Of a DNA stretch of 64,000 nt, positions 1 through 13,225 are shown one piece after another. Source of the stretch: Eledone cirrhosa (taxonomy: Eukaryota). How positions within the stretch are numbered: the stretch's first letter is position 1; each line of letters begins with the position of its first letter. The position numbers and the translations under genes were made by a program. The notes below the pieces were generated by a model. The model did no database searches. It was given only the letters and a program-made list of their open reading frames with translations, and had not been told where the DNA came from. The stretch is from NCBI GenBank assembly GCA_964016885.1, contig OZ024742.1, positions 309,070,001 through 309,134,000 on the forward strand. Direction: 5' to 3'.

Positions 1-279
1 ATGAAAGGAGAATGTAAAATGTCAATGTGAAAGATTTGAAGGAGTTAATTGCGTCTCATGGTGAATTTTAGCTATTGAAGAACTGCTGGTATCTCTACTT
101 ATGTTATAGTGTATAGTGCTATTTCATTTAACTCTTCACTTTTAGGAATATAGCTAGAGTGCTAACCAAGGTCTTACTGATTATATATATATATCATAGT
201 TTTTTCACCTGCTTTTCCATGCTGCCATGGGTTGTAAAAGACACAAACACACACACATATATATACTATATAGATAGAT

Positions 280-282
<3 letters not shown>

Positions 283-323
<41 letters not shown>
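283..323. repeat. (TG)n microsatellite
   Basis: Directly visible. Confidence 0.95.
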
Positions 324-327
<4 letters not shown>

Positions 328-2419
328 GAGAAAGTAAAGAGAAAGGACGGGAATATGATATTTACTGTCTGAGAATGATACTCCAAGAATCATTAGATTA
401 AAAAGAATTAGAGTTGATAAACTGACACAAACATATCTGAGACTTGAAATGAGGCAGTTAACATCAGAGAACTGTAGTTTTAAAAGAATCAGAGATGATA
501 TATATATATACTGACATATCCAGACCTATCAACTCTCTCGTTCAATAGGGATATCTCCTTCCCACTTTGGGGTGGGTGAAGGATGTCTTCTCTTGTAAAA
601 TCTCACCATTTTGCCTCATTTCTCCCTGTTTTGTGGCACTTTTTTCATGGTTTGGGTTTTTAGAGGTTGGCAAATCTGAGACTTGTATATCTGAGACTTG
701 AAACAAAGTAGTTAACATCGGAGAACTATAGTTTAAAAAGAATCAGAGATGATAAACACATACTAACATATTTTAGACTTGAAACAAAACAAATACAAAA
801 GAGAAGTGTAATCATAGCTACCCACTCAACCTACATTGAATTCCCAAGAAATATCTTGTGCTGAAAGTATTGTAATGATCAATGATGAAAAGACTAGTTA
901 ACTGTTGCTATGATAACTGACTGGCCAGATGGGTTTGTCTTCTTACAATATGTTGTTATATAGTAAAATTGATATTATGGGGACAAAGTACTTTTATTGC
1001 CAATCTTGCCCCACCACCACCTCCATTAAGTAACTTATGAAGACAGATGACACTATTCTATTAACAATTATTCCATATGAGTAAATACATATTGCTAAGT
1101 GTATTTACTTGAATTTTTCCCATGAGTTGGTATTGGAGTGGCTGGTATCCAACTTTTATTTTAGTGACCTCAGAGGGACGAAAGGCGAGATTGACTTCTG
1201 TAGGGTTTAAACTCAGAATGTAAAAAACTGGAAAATCAGTTCATGGCATTTTGTCAGAAGTCCTAATGAATCTGTTGATTCACTCCTACCAACCCAGGAA
1301 GCAATCATGGCATCAACAATGACCACTACCACTACCTCCCACCATGACAAATTCACAAGTGAGAGTATCAATTTGGAGCAGTAACACATTCTTTCATGTG
1401 TTTTCAAAGCATTTTGAAAATAATAAAGAATGTTAAGTGGTTTAGTAAAATAACTAGCCTTCGCCTTTATTAATCCTTTACCATTTACATTACTCTATAT
1501 ACACTATTGTATTTTTATGGTAAACACTTTACCTCACATAATATCGAATCTATGAGATTTTGATATTATTTATTAAAGAATTTGACCACCCTCTTTCTGT
1601 AGACCTAACAACATGCTAACCTACAACAGAAATTCTATGAAAGATTAATTGTTGTTGTATAGAGCACTAAAACAGCTCTTGTACAGCAGACTTATGCCAT
1701 GTAGCTACCTAAGTACTTAGATGCTGTGTAGAGTACCAAAACAGCCCTGATTCAGTAGTGGCTGTGCACATGCCAAAAAGGGGTTGAAAGGATTATTCAG
1801 TTGTTTCAATAGCATGGCAAACTCTCCAGTGTTGGTGACATGATAAAATACACCCAATATACCCTATAAAGGGGTTAGTGATAGGAAGGGCACAATAAAA
1901 TACACTGTGTACACTGTAAAGTGTTGGAATGTTTGTGAGAATATCTGAGAGATCATTGGTTTGAATTAAGTAGTGATATGCTGCGACAACACATCCAACC
2001 CTTGATAACATGGAGAAAATATATTAAATGATGATGTTGATGTGTAGAGTACCACAACGACACTGATAATATTCTAATTATAACATATAGTCAGTCAAGT
2101 ATTTAGTTGTGTACTGTACGAAGAGAGTCGTGATTCAGCAGAACTATGGTGTATAGTTAGTCAAATACCTGAGTGCTATAGGTTTGCAAAATCATGTTAT
2201 TCTCAGTCAAGTTTTAAATGACTAAACCTATTCCAAAGGCATTCCATCCATGACCACTCCATCTTTATTTCAAGTAGTTTATCTACCACTTTGTTATCCA
2301 GCATTGGTTCATACTTAGACAGTATAAAAAAATCCTCATTTACAACATCCATAATGTACAAAGGATTACAGAACTCTTCCACTGGAAAGCATGCCAGACT
2401 ATCACATGTAATTTTCTCT

Positions 2420-2687
2420 TCTTCTTTGCCCACTTATTCCTGGGAGGGCCGTCAGAACTAAGTCTTCCAACATGCCTTCCAGGTCTTGTTAGGAGTAACT
2501 ATCTCCAATATCTGGCTAGATCCTTAAGTGAAACCAATCAAGCTCATGGATGTTATCCAACCATCATGTTTGTGGTTAACCTCTGTCTCCTGCTGATTAG
2601 CCTGACCTGTAAAATCTGTCTAATTCTTTTCTTAGACATTCTAACTATATATCCATTTATCAGAGTTGTGATATCTCAATTTGGAGA
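2420..2687 (-). mobile_element. Decayed 3' fragment of the same RTE LINE family as 62145-62575
   Basis: Shares cacttattcctg.gagggcc, aagctcatgga and gtgat.tctcaatttgga blocks with the 62.1-62.4 kb copy. Confidence 0.6.
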
Positions 2688-2959
2688 AATTGCATGTGTA
2701 CCCATAACACAATTATCTGGGAGATTCAGCATGACACAATGTTTGACAAGTTTGGTCCTTTGAATTATAGAAACAATCCATCTGATGGACTTCCAAACAA
2801 GTTCCATCTACTCTATTTTACTCATGAGTCATGGATCGACCCCCAAAGCTATGGTAAATGATGCCCCATAATGGGATCAAGTCAGGAACCTAATGACTGT
2901 GAAGCAAACTTCTTAACCATTTGGCCATGTTGCATCCACTATACTTGCCAATAACAACA

Positions 2960-3180
2960 TACTAGCAAATTCTGAGCTGGTTCTATCATACTCTCTCAAC
3001 TAAGAAACTACCAAACTACTTAGCTAGTTCAGTGACACTCTCTCTCCAAACCACTAAACTACTTAACTGATTCTGTGATACTCTCTCAACAAACCACCAA
3101 ACTACTTAGCTAGTTCAGTGATACTCTCTCAACAAACCACCAAACTCTTAGCTGGCTTTGTGATACTGTTTCAACTCAGT
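2960..3180. repeat. Degenerate ~42-45-bp tandem repeat, ~5 units
   Basis: Recurring actctctcaacaaaccaccaaactacttagctagttcagtg. Confidence 0.8.
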
Positions 3181-6100
3181 CACCAGTGCATTGAAAAATT
3201 GATAAGTATTTTGTTAGATTACAATGCTGAACGTTGACTTCTTTCAATAGCTTGGGGTTGAAATCAGAAAAATACTGAATGAATTCTCTCTATTCCATCA
3301 CCTGTTTTCTTCAAACTTTTAAAAGGGAACTTATAAAATAATATAATTCACTCAAGTAAAACACCATAAACAAAAGTAATTTAACTCTTTAACCTTTTAG
3401 CATTTACATTACTCTATATATACACACTATTGTATTTTCATGGTAAAGGCTTTACCTCATATAATTATCTCATAATATTGAAACTATTTTGAGAACAATA
3501 TCTTAACATCAGTATGAATGGCTGGTTACAGCCAATTTGAACAGAAAGAGGTGAGAATTCTAGCCAGATACAGCCGATTTAAATGCTAATAGATTAAACA
3601 CACACCTGGTAAATGATATAGCACAAGAGATAAACTCTCAAAGAACTGTAAAGAGTGAAGTTCAATTTCTGGTTGAAGTCAGTTCACTTCTCTTATATTT
3701 TTAATTCCATTTTATAAGAGTGTGGAGGTAAGACAGTCTCATCCTCCTTGGTATATATGGCACTGTACCTGAGAAAGAAATTTATTTTTATAAATGGATA
3801 AAGCCAAACTCATTTGAAATTAGAACATTTTATTTCACTATTTCTCTCAACACATCATAAATTATAATAGCCAGTAGCTTGATGTTCCAACACCTCAAAC
3901 AATATTTAAACCTCTGGCCTTGAACATTTCGGAGAATTATTTCATAAACTTTAATCACCAGTAACTTGTTCCAACAGCTCAAACCATGTTTTAAAGTCTT
4001 TAAGATACAGCAGAATTATTCCACAAATCATAAATGGAACTCTCTTAAAAACTGGTGCTTTTTCCACTCTTGAATATTATCTGTTAAACTCTTTGTTAGT
4101 AAGATGTAGCAAAAATATTGCCCAACACTATATGCAGTGTATGAATCATAACTTTCAGTAAATCTACATTTACCATCAGGTTCAATTTGCTTTGGAATTA
4201 TGGAACCAACTGGTCTTTCCTTTAAATCTGATGCCCAGACAAAGTTTTCAGTCTGAAGGATCTCATGAGTCAGCTGGATGGTTACAAGAGATTGTTGTCA
4301 ATAGCATTATCAATCAAAATACCTCTTACTGAAATACACTGTGGAATGTTCTGCTTAAACACCAAGGAAAAAAGCACAATTACAATTTGAACGAATAGCT
4401 TTGTTGTCGTTATATAGAAAGCTTTACACTGACCACATATTGTGGGATATGGGCAAGGTGGTAATGAGAGATAGTCGGACAAATTTTCTTTATGCATGAT
4501 TCCCAAGAGAATAAGCAATAATAGATTAGGACAATTTGAAGTTGTTCAGTCATGACAGACTACAAACCAGTTAAACATGTTATGACCCAAGAACCATATA
4601 TTTTTCATGTCCCAAAATCCAAAATTCCCTTTTTCCACATCATATATTAGTATGTATGCTACATAAGGTAGGAAAAGGTAATAAAAGTTCAAAAGATATA
4701 ATGGATCCATAGTTTTAGGTGCAATAGTCACAAAGAAAAAAGACATTTTTGAAATATAAATTTCTAATACAGAGTGAATGGAACAGTTTAAATTAGAAAT
4801 GAAGACTACCTGATATTAGCAAAAAAACATAGAGAAATATTCAGATTGAGATGTGCAGTTTGTAAGATTGTGATGTTAGGCAAGGTTTTCGGTGACAATG
4901 ACACTACTACTACTACTACTATTATTACTACAATGAAAATGACTTCAGAAGGATATTTGAATGATTTTTACATTATTTGATAACTTGGTTCCATTTATAA
5001 AGAGAAAAATAGTTTTCTATTAACATTACATAATAAATGCACTGTGGTATACACACATACAGCAGAGATAAAGTTCCAGCAAACCAAGTTTGTGATACAG
5101 GTTCAATTCTCATTTGAGCCAGATCATTCCACATACCTTCAATTCTTGGCAGTAGTCAACAGCCCAGAGAGGGACATACTCTGCCAGACAGTGACGCAGG
5201 TTCAATTCTCAATTGAGCCAGATCAGTCCACCTAACTTCAATTCTTGGCAAAGAGGGATAAAATAATCCCTGCCAGACTGATTTGCCTTCAACATTTTAA
5301 ACGAAGATGAGATCTTTCATGGAAACCCAACAATCCATTAATTATTACAAAATATTTACATATCATTTTACATTTAAATAAACACCCCACAGATAGATAA
5401 TACTTTTAATCCTCCAAAACAAGAGGATTCAATTATATAGTCTTAGTCACTTTTTTTTTTTTTTTCTTAATCTAGGAAATATTTAAGATGAAAAATCAAA
5501 ATGCTTTTTTTTTTCTGAGGGGAAAAAATAAAGTCTGAATTGTTCCTTCTTTTTCTTTAAAGTTGTTGACAAAGATCAAGAATTAAAACATTAGTTTCAT
5601 GAAAAAATAATTCAAAATTGAATAAAGAGAAAAAATATATCACTAATACCACCAAATTGTGATCTTTGTAATGAGAAGAAAATAAGTATGTGATGAACAT
5701 TTTTAGGGTATCCCACCATCATTGATGGGTCCAAAACTCCTTTAAAAGGATACAAAACATTAATATAAGGAGGGCAGTATCTTTTTAAATGGTTTGATGG
5801 TGTCAGTGACTATGTTTCCCTTTTGTGTAAATGGCAAGAATTGGATAGATATTTTGCTCGAGTTTAATAAAGACTACAACATGAAAATATAGTTTCAAAA
5901 TAGCTTGTATATTTTAAGAATATTACCCTTCTGTTTGTTCATTTTCATTTTGGTTAATTTTATGTAATTTTATTTCTTTTGAACCATTTTTGAACCTATT
6001 TGCAGAAAGATAATTCTTTCTTTCAGGGACGGAATCAATGGTTAGAAAAAAAATAAAAGAAGAATAGTTTTACCAATCTAAAAGCATCTCAACCATAATA

Positions 6101-6710
6101 AAAGAATCATGTTCAGCATAAAATACAATACAAGGTCATTGAAAGATTTTGATGCTTAATAGCAATATTTCTATAGCTGAAGCTAATAGAAGAATTCCAT
6201 TTTAATGAGTTTGCTAGAGGTATATTTTCAGATAATCAGGTTTCCATAGCTTCCTTAATGTTTCAGATAAGACAGCTCAAGACAGCTTTTGTCATGAACT
6301 ATGAATAAATAAAGGCCTATTAAAATGACTATATATATATATATATATATACACACACATATATATATATAATTATTTGTGACTCGTACTTCAAATTTTC
6401 ACTAATAATGGGTTCTCAAATATAGATAAATTTATAAACTCATGACAGGATGAAATTAGAGTGTATATAGTAGAGAAATTAGAGTTTATATAGGAGGAAA
6501 ATGTAGCTCCGGAGAATTAAAGGAAAAAAAACACACATCAAACACAGAGAGGTGCTGAAAGTGGATGAAAATTTAAAGTAAGTTTGGGTTTTTTGTTTTG
6601 TTTTTATTTTGGCATGTGTAGATTTCAATTGTATAATGTTTTATTTGAAAAAATATATATATAGTTGTTCTTGGACCTCCATCAGTTATGACAATGAAAA
6701 TTCTAGTTAT

Positions 6711-6921
6711 TTAACCCTTTAGCATTTAAACTGGCCATATCCAGCTAAAATTCTCTCCCCTCCTTCTGTTCAAACAGGCCATAACTGGCTGCTCATCCTG
6801 ATGTTAAGGTATCGTTCTCAAAATACATAACAACATCTCATAAATTCGATATTATCTAAGATAAAGTCTTTACCACAAAAATACAATAGTATATATAGAG
6901 TAATGTAAATGCTAAAGGGTT
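6711..6921 (+). mobile_element. TTAA MITE; further copies at ~1470-1575, 3389-3597 and 22300-22516 (opposite orientation)
   Basis: Same TIR and internal sequence. Confidence 0.8.
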
Positions 6922-7108
6922 GTAAAATAACCATGCAAGTGGTTGAGTGTTCCAGAGACATTTGCTCTTAATGCAATTCTCATGGAGATTCCAAGGCATA
7001 CAGTGTGTCACAAGGCTGGCCCTTTGAATTATTGGTACAACTCAATTTTGCCAACTGAGCTGACTGGAACAATGTGAAAGGAATTGTCATTTTCAGGGAC
7101 ACAATGTC

Positions 7109-7299
7109 AGACCTTTCAAATCTCCCCGTCCAACGAGATCTCCCACCCACTTTGGGGTGGGTGAGAGATGTCTTTTCTTGGGAAAATGAGTATATCTTTC
7201 ATTATGTGAAATCTCTCCATTTTACCTCATTTCTCCCCAATTTTGGGGCACTTTTTTTCATGGTACTCTCTGTTTGGGTTTTTAGAGGTTGGCAGGTCT
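7109..7299. mobile_element. Small TIR element (CAGACCT.TCAA ... GTTGGCAGGTCTG) inserted in a SINE; second copy at ~521-678
   Basis: Two diverged copies share cccactttggggtgggtga and tttgggtttttagaggttggca; imperfect TIRs. Confidence 0.6.
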
Positions 7300-8084
7300 G
7301 CAATGTGCCACCAGGTCTCAAACTGACAACCATAAGCTGAAAATTCAAATCACTAAGCCATGTGCCTTCACAAATATATATATGTGTATAGACATAAACA
7401 GGTAGGTACAAAAGAAAGATAAAAGGAATCTAATTAATGTAGTAGAGAAACAGAGAGAAGACAAAGGAACATTTTGTCATTAATCATCAAATTTATACAT
7501 TTTTTTTTTTTCTCAACCATCTTTAGCTCTTGAGTCTTATTTGATAGCGGGTGACTTGTGTTATTACAAATCATTATGCATATATGTCTTACATATATAT
7601 ATATATATATATATAGTGTGTGTGTATGCATTCGGTTTCAAATAGGTGCACTGTATCTGTGTGTGTGTGTGTCAAGAAGTGACTAAAAAGGTTGGTGTCA
7701 GGAAGAGCATTCAACCAATGCCAGCATACAAAAGTCAAAATAAAAACAATGATGATGACATTAGGCATATATATATATATTTATATATATATATATACAT
7801 ATATAAGATTGAATGCTTCACAGTGACATGTATTTTTAAGTATAACCTATTCACTGTTCTATATACTCTTGGGTGTTGAATAATCGGCTCCCAGCTGCTG
7901 CTCTTATTATGGGGTCTCAATATGTAAATTAAACAACTAATTCTGGTTTTTTAAAAATTAAGGGAGACAGAAAAATTACCCGAAAACCGCCTGTTTCAAT
8001 GAAACAAAACCACCCATGTTATAGGAATCCTATATCAATTAAAACCTTAATTTCAAGTTACACTATTTTAATAATGAAATAATT

Positions 8085-9058
8085 AATAATTGTTTCTACT
8101 TTTGGCACAAGGCCAGCAATTATCCCTGTGTATTACTGGTACTTTATTTTATCGACCCTGTAAGAATGAAAAGCAGTTAACCTCGTCGGGATTTGAACTC
8201 AGATCATAAAGGGGCGTAACTCTATACTGCCAATCCAATTAATAATCGTTTCTATTTTTTGGCACAAGACCAGCAATTACCCAGTGCATTACTGGTACTT
8301 TATTTTATCGACCCCGTAAGGATGAAAGGCAAAGTTAACCTCGGCGGGATTTGACCTCAGAATGGCAAGGGCCGTAACTCTATGCTGCAAAGCATGGCTT
8401 CCGACCCTCTTACTCCAAATTCTTCCTTAATTAATTGAAATACAGTATATTTAATTAGTAGTATTGTAATGAAAGGTTAAAGTTGGGTGCATTCCCTAGC
8501 ATCTAATCTGTGGCAAACAGAATACTATGTTTGGTCTAGAGTTACGACCTAATAACCAGTATTATGATCAGTTGGTTAGTAGTCCAGTGTTATTACTTCC
8601 CTACATTATGTAAGTGTTCAGTTTATGCTTATGTTAAAAAATAAATATGTACACACATGAATAGTCTTGTGTATGCACACATACTAATAGCAGTTAATCT
8701 GTAATGATAATTGTTTCTACTTCAGGCACAAGGCCAGCAATTTTGGGGGTGGGGAAGTCGATTTAATCAACCCCCAGTGCATTACTGGTGCTTTATTTTA
8801 TCGACCCTGTAAGGATGAAAGGCAAAGCTAACCTCGGCGAAATTTTAACTCAGAACGTAAGAATAATAATAATGTTTCTACTTTTGGCACAATGCCAGCA
8901 ATTATCCCAGTGCATTACTGGTGCTTTATTTTATCAACCACATAAGGATGAAAAGCAAAGTTAACCTCGGCAGGATTTGAACTCAGAACGTAAAGGGTCG
9001 TAACTATGCTGCAAAGCATGGTGTCTGACTCTCTACTGATACTGCCAATCCACCTCCC
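8085..9058 (-). mobile_element. Cluster of four SINE family 2 copies (two pairs: 8085-8420 and 8706-9058)
   Basis: Repeated ggcacaaggccagcaatt..ctggtactttattttatcgacc..gatgaaaggcaaag blocks. Confidence 0.85.
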
Positions 9059-9946
9059 TAATAATAATAATAATAATAATAATTATAGTAATAATAATAA
9101 CAGTAACACTCTCCATAAATAAATGATAGCTCAAGACCAAAAACCAACCCAAAACCAACCAAATACTAATAGCAACAATGCCAAAATACATATAAGTAAA
9201 GTGAGACAGTACAGAGGAAGTTATCACACAGTGATATATCTTGACAGGTCATCAACTGCTGCCAATACCAGTACAATACTGTTGGGATATTTATTGCAGA
9301 ACTCTGGGGAAGTCATTACCAATATCGTCAATACAATACATAAAACAAGCAATGAGAAAACATATCTTTCCAGGGATTTTTTTTTTTAGGCTTGCTTTTT
9401 TGAATTTTTTTTTGTTTCATTTTTCAGTTTCTTATTTTTTTTGTGTGTTTTTTGTGTTGTGTTTTCTTGGGAAAATATAATTTCAATTTTATTTCAGCAA
9501 AATGTTTAGATAATATTATGCATGTACGTAGGTATCATATATGTGTGTTTGTGTGTAGGACTTTTATGTGCATATACATACATAAACATAAGGATACATT
9601 CATAAACATATGAATGTGTGTATATATATATAATCATCATCACCGTTTTGTGTCCATTCTTCCACGCTAGCATGGGCTAGACAGGTTGTCCTGTTGTTGG
9701 CAATGCCAGGTCAAATGACCATGTCTTGCTCATACAGAACTGATTTGGGCTTGATTTCTACAGTTCAATGCCCTTCCTAACGCCAACCTCATTTGTAGTG
9801 AGTACTGGGTGCTTTTTTACCGTGGCACATACTGTCAATATATATACACACATATACACACACAGACACAAATACTGACATGGTGTCAGTTCCACAACTA
9901 GTCTAACCCTTGCTAGCAGGTAAAACCATGTTAAAAGATGATTACG

Positions 9947-9981
<35 letters not shown>

Positions 9982-10084
9982 GTAAGTGTAGAAAGATCTA
10001 GGCCCTATTTCTATATATTGATGTAATTAATAGTGCATGATAACTTATCTGTAAGCCTTTTCAATGTAATAAAAAGTCCTTGGC

Positions 10085-10143
<59 letters not shown>

Positions 10144-10283
10144 ATATGTTCTTTATTCACTTATCTGTGACTACATAACTGCACACACACAATACAATAC
10201 TACACAGTATATACTTTGTGTGAATTTGTGTATATAAGTTTCTTGATGTTCCTCTTCCTTCACCCTATAGCTTTTGTTACATG

Positions 10284-10308
<25 letters not shown>

Positions 10309-10317
<9 letters not shown>

Positions 10318-10670
10318 TAAAAGGAATTCCAACTTTGTCTGATTTACTCGTTTTATTTACAATCCTTTAAAATTTATAATGATATTAGAATGAAATAGTA
10401 CGGTAGAATATTAAATGCTAAGTGTTAATTGAACAAGTACTTTCATGCTTTCGCAATCTTCAGGTTCATAATGTGTGGTGACAGTCAAGTTTGCAATTTT
10501 CAACTTCAGTTGAAAATTGCAAACTTGACATTTAATATTCTACCATACTATTTCATTCTAATACCATTATAAATTTTAAAGGATTGTAAATAAAACGAGT
10601 AAATCAGACAAAGTTGGAATTCCTTTTATTAATATAATCTTCTATACACAATCATACACACCCGTGTATA
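10309..10670. mobile_element. Fold-back (inverted) Penelope-like pLTR remnant in a (TA)n tract
   Basis: Outer arms about 10309-10417 / 10529-10636, inner perfect arms 10484-10505 / 10508-10529, hammerhead in one arm, short unpaired tail, microsatellite context. Confidence 0.6.
10430..10468 (-). ncRNA. Minimal type I hammerhead ribozyme motif (Penelope-like element type)
   Basis: Minus strand reads TGAAC-CTGAAGA-t-TGC-gaaa-GCA-t-GAAA-gtac-TT-GTTCA: stem I TGAAC/GTTCA, core CUGANGA and GAAA, stem II with GNRA loop, palindromic GTAC in place of stem III. Confidence 0.7.
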
Positions 10671-10700
10671 TTTATCTATCTATATATATATAGAGAGAGA

Positions 10701-11080
10701 GGCACATGGCTTAGTGGTTAGAGCATTGGGCTGGAAATCGAAAGGTTGTGAGTTCAATTCTTAGACTGGGTGATGTGTTGTTTCGTTGAGCAAGACACTT
10801 TGTTTCACATTGCTCCAGTTTACTCAGCTGTAGAAATGAGATGAGAGGACTGGGGTCCCTATCATTCCACTGCAAAGTGGTCGTGGAGGTGCCATGGAAA
10901 AAAAGCACTCAGCCCACACTGTAAAGTGGACGTGTAGGCGCCATGGAAAAAAAGCACCCACCACTCACTGTAAATGAGGTTTGTGTTAGGAAGGCATCCA
11001 ACTGTAGAAATCAAGCCAGAATCAGTTACTATCCCACCCTTGCAAGCAGGGAAAAGCAGACATAAAATGATGATGATGAT
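10701..11080 (+). mobile_element. tRNA-derived SINE family 1 (central CORE/Meta-like domain, RTE-derived tail)
   Basis: A box TGGCTTAGTGG, B box GAGTTCAATTC, ccttgagcaagacactt-type central domain, aggaag(g)gcatcca..(TGA)n tail. Confidence 0.88.
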
Positions 11081-11108
11081 ATATCTCCAGATAGACAGAC
11101 AACTGAGT

Positions 11109-11142
<34 letters not shown>

Positions 11143-11594
11143 GACATATATATTATATATACATATATATATACCATATATATATACCATATATACCATA
11201 TATATATACCATATATATATACCATATATACCATATATATATATACATATATATATACCATATATATATACCATATATATATATATACATATACATATAT
11301 ATATATACATATATATATATACATATATATATACCATATATATATACCATATATATATACCATATATATATATATATATACATATATATATACATATATA
11401 TATACATATATATATACCATATATATATACATATATATATACCATATATATATACATATATATACCATATATATATATACATATATATATACCATATATA
11501 TATACATATATATATACATATATATATACCATATATATATACATATATATATACCATATATATATACATATATATATACCATATATATATATAT

Positions 11595-11661
<67 letters not shown>

Positions 11662-11834
11662 CATATATATATATACATACATACATATATATATATATAT
11701 ACATACATACATATATATATATACATACATACATATATATATATATATACATACATACATATATATATATACATACATACATATATATATATACATACAT
11801 ACATATATATATATACATACATACATATATATAT

Positions 11835-11871
<37 letters not shown>

Positions 11872-11876
11872 CATAC

Positions 11877-11907
<31 letters not shown>

Positions 11908-11950
11908 CATATATATATACATATATACATATATATATACATATATACAT
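11109..11950. repeat. Compound (TA)n microsatellite with CCA and CATA interruptions, ~840 bp
   Basis: Directly visible. Confidence 0.95.
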
Positions 11951-13184
11951 ACATTTCACATACAAACATGAAATACATATATATATTACACACACATATT
12001 TGTATGAATATATGTAAACTTTATGAACTTAATATAACTGATATATAAATTATATTACTACAGAACTGTTTTGTTTGTTCTTTCATTTTTTCTATATTCA
12101 TTTCCAATGTAACTTATGTTGCTGCTGCACGTTATTGGTCACATTGTTGTTGCTGCAGGAGGACATATGACTGTTACTGCAGTTCCAGATCATGATATTG
12201 TTATTGTTGCTGCTACTGCTGCTGCTAGTCATGTTATTGTTGCTGGTGGTGATCATATTGTTGCTATTGTATTCATGTATTTTTGCTTATCAGCAACTAT
12301 ATCATTCAATCACAGAGTGTAGTTAAATGCAGTGTAATGCAATCCAATGCAGTGCAGCTAGATGTGAATGTCGTGCTTATTATGAATGCACATAGTTCAA
12401 AAATTATGTGTGATCCAATCTAATTTTGCTCCTTTAATGATGTGAGAAAGCAAATAAAAACATACAAACACATGCACACATACATACAACAGCAACACAC
12501 ACTCAAATGCACACTTACATACAGCAGCAACACACACTTACATACAGTAACAGCAGCAACATGCAGAGGCACATCTACATACAATAGCAGCAACACACAC
12601 ATGCACTTCTACATACAACAACAAACACAGACACACTCAATGGCACACAACATACAAGAGCAGCAACACACACAAACAATACACAGGTGAAACTCAGGAG
12701 TAAGAAAACTCACTTAGCTATAATATAGAAAATTATTAAACTCTACGTCGACACTGAGTACTTGTTTTCATGTGTGTCAATATCATATTATATATATATA
12801 TATATATATAGATATATATATATAAGAATTTATGTGTAAGCAGGTCAGCATATGTGTGTATGTGCATATATATATATAGGGTGGTTACAGCAATGCATAT
12901 GGTTAATGTACAAGAAGCTGTGCAATTACTTAAACCATAATGCAGGCATTGTATTGAGGGTGGAGAGAGGAATACTACAAAAGATAGAGTTACAAAGAAC
13001 AAGTGGTGGCTGGTAGAATTTCATCACAGTATTGTGATATTACACAATGAATTGCACAACTAGGCAATTTTTTTGACATACATGAATACATATATATATG
13101 TGTGTATATATATATATATATGCCATTATATTTATTATGCCATATATATATATATATATATTATATATATACACACACACATTG

Positions 13185-13225
<41 letters not shown>

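Noticed and set aside
5092-5140. SECIS-like ATGA...AAA on the minus strand
   Set aside because: Spacing is too short (8 nt), there is no matching GA quartet, and the PP2C exons have no in-frame TGA.
10974-12017. Tyr/Ile-rich ORFs of 280-347 aa
   Set aside because: Translations of the TA microsatellite.
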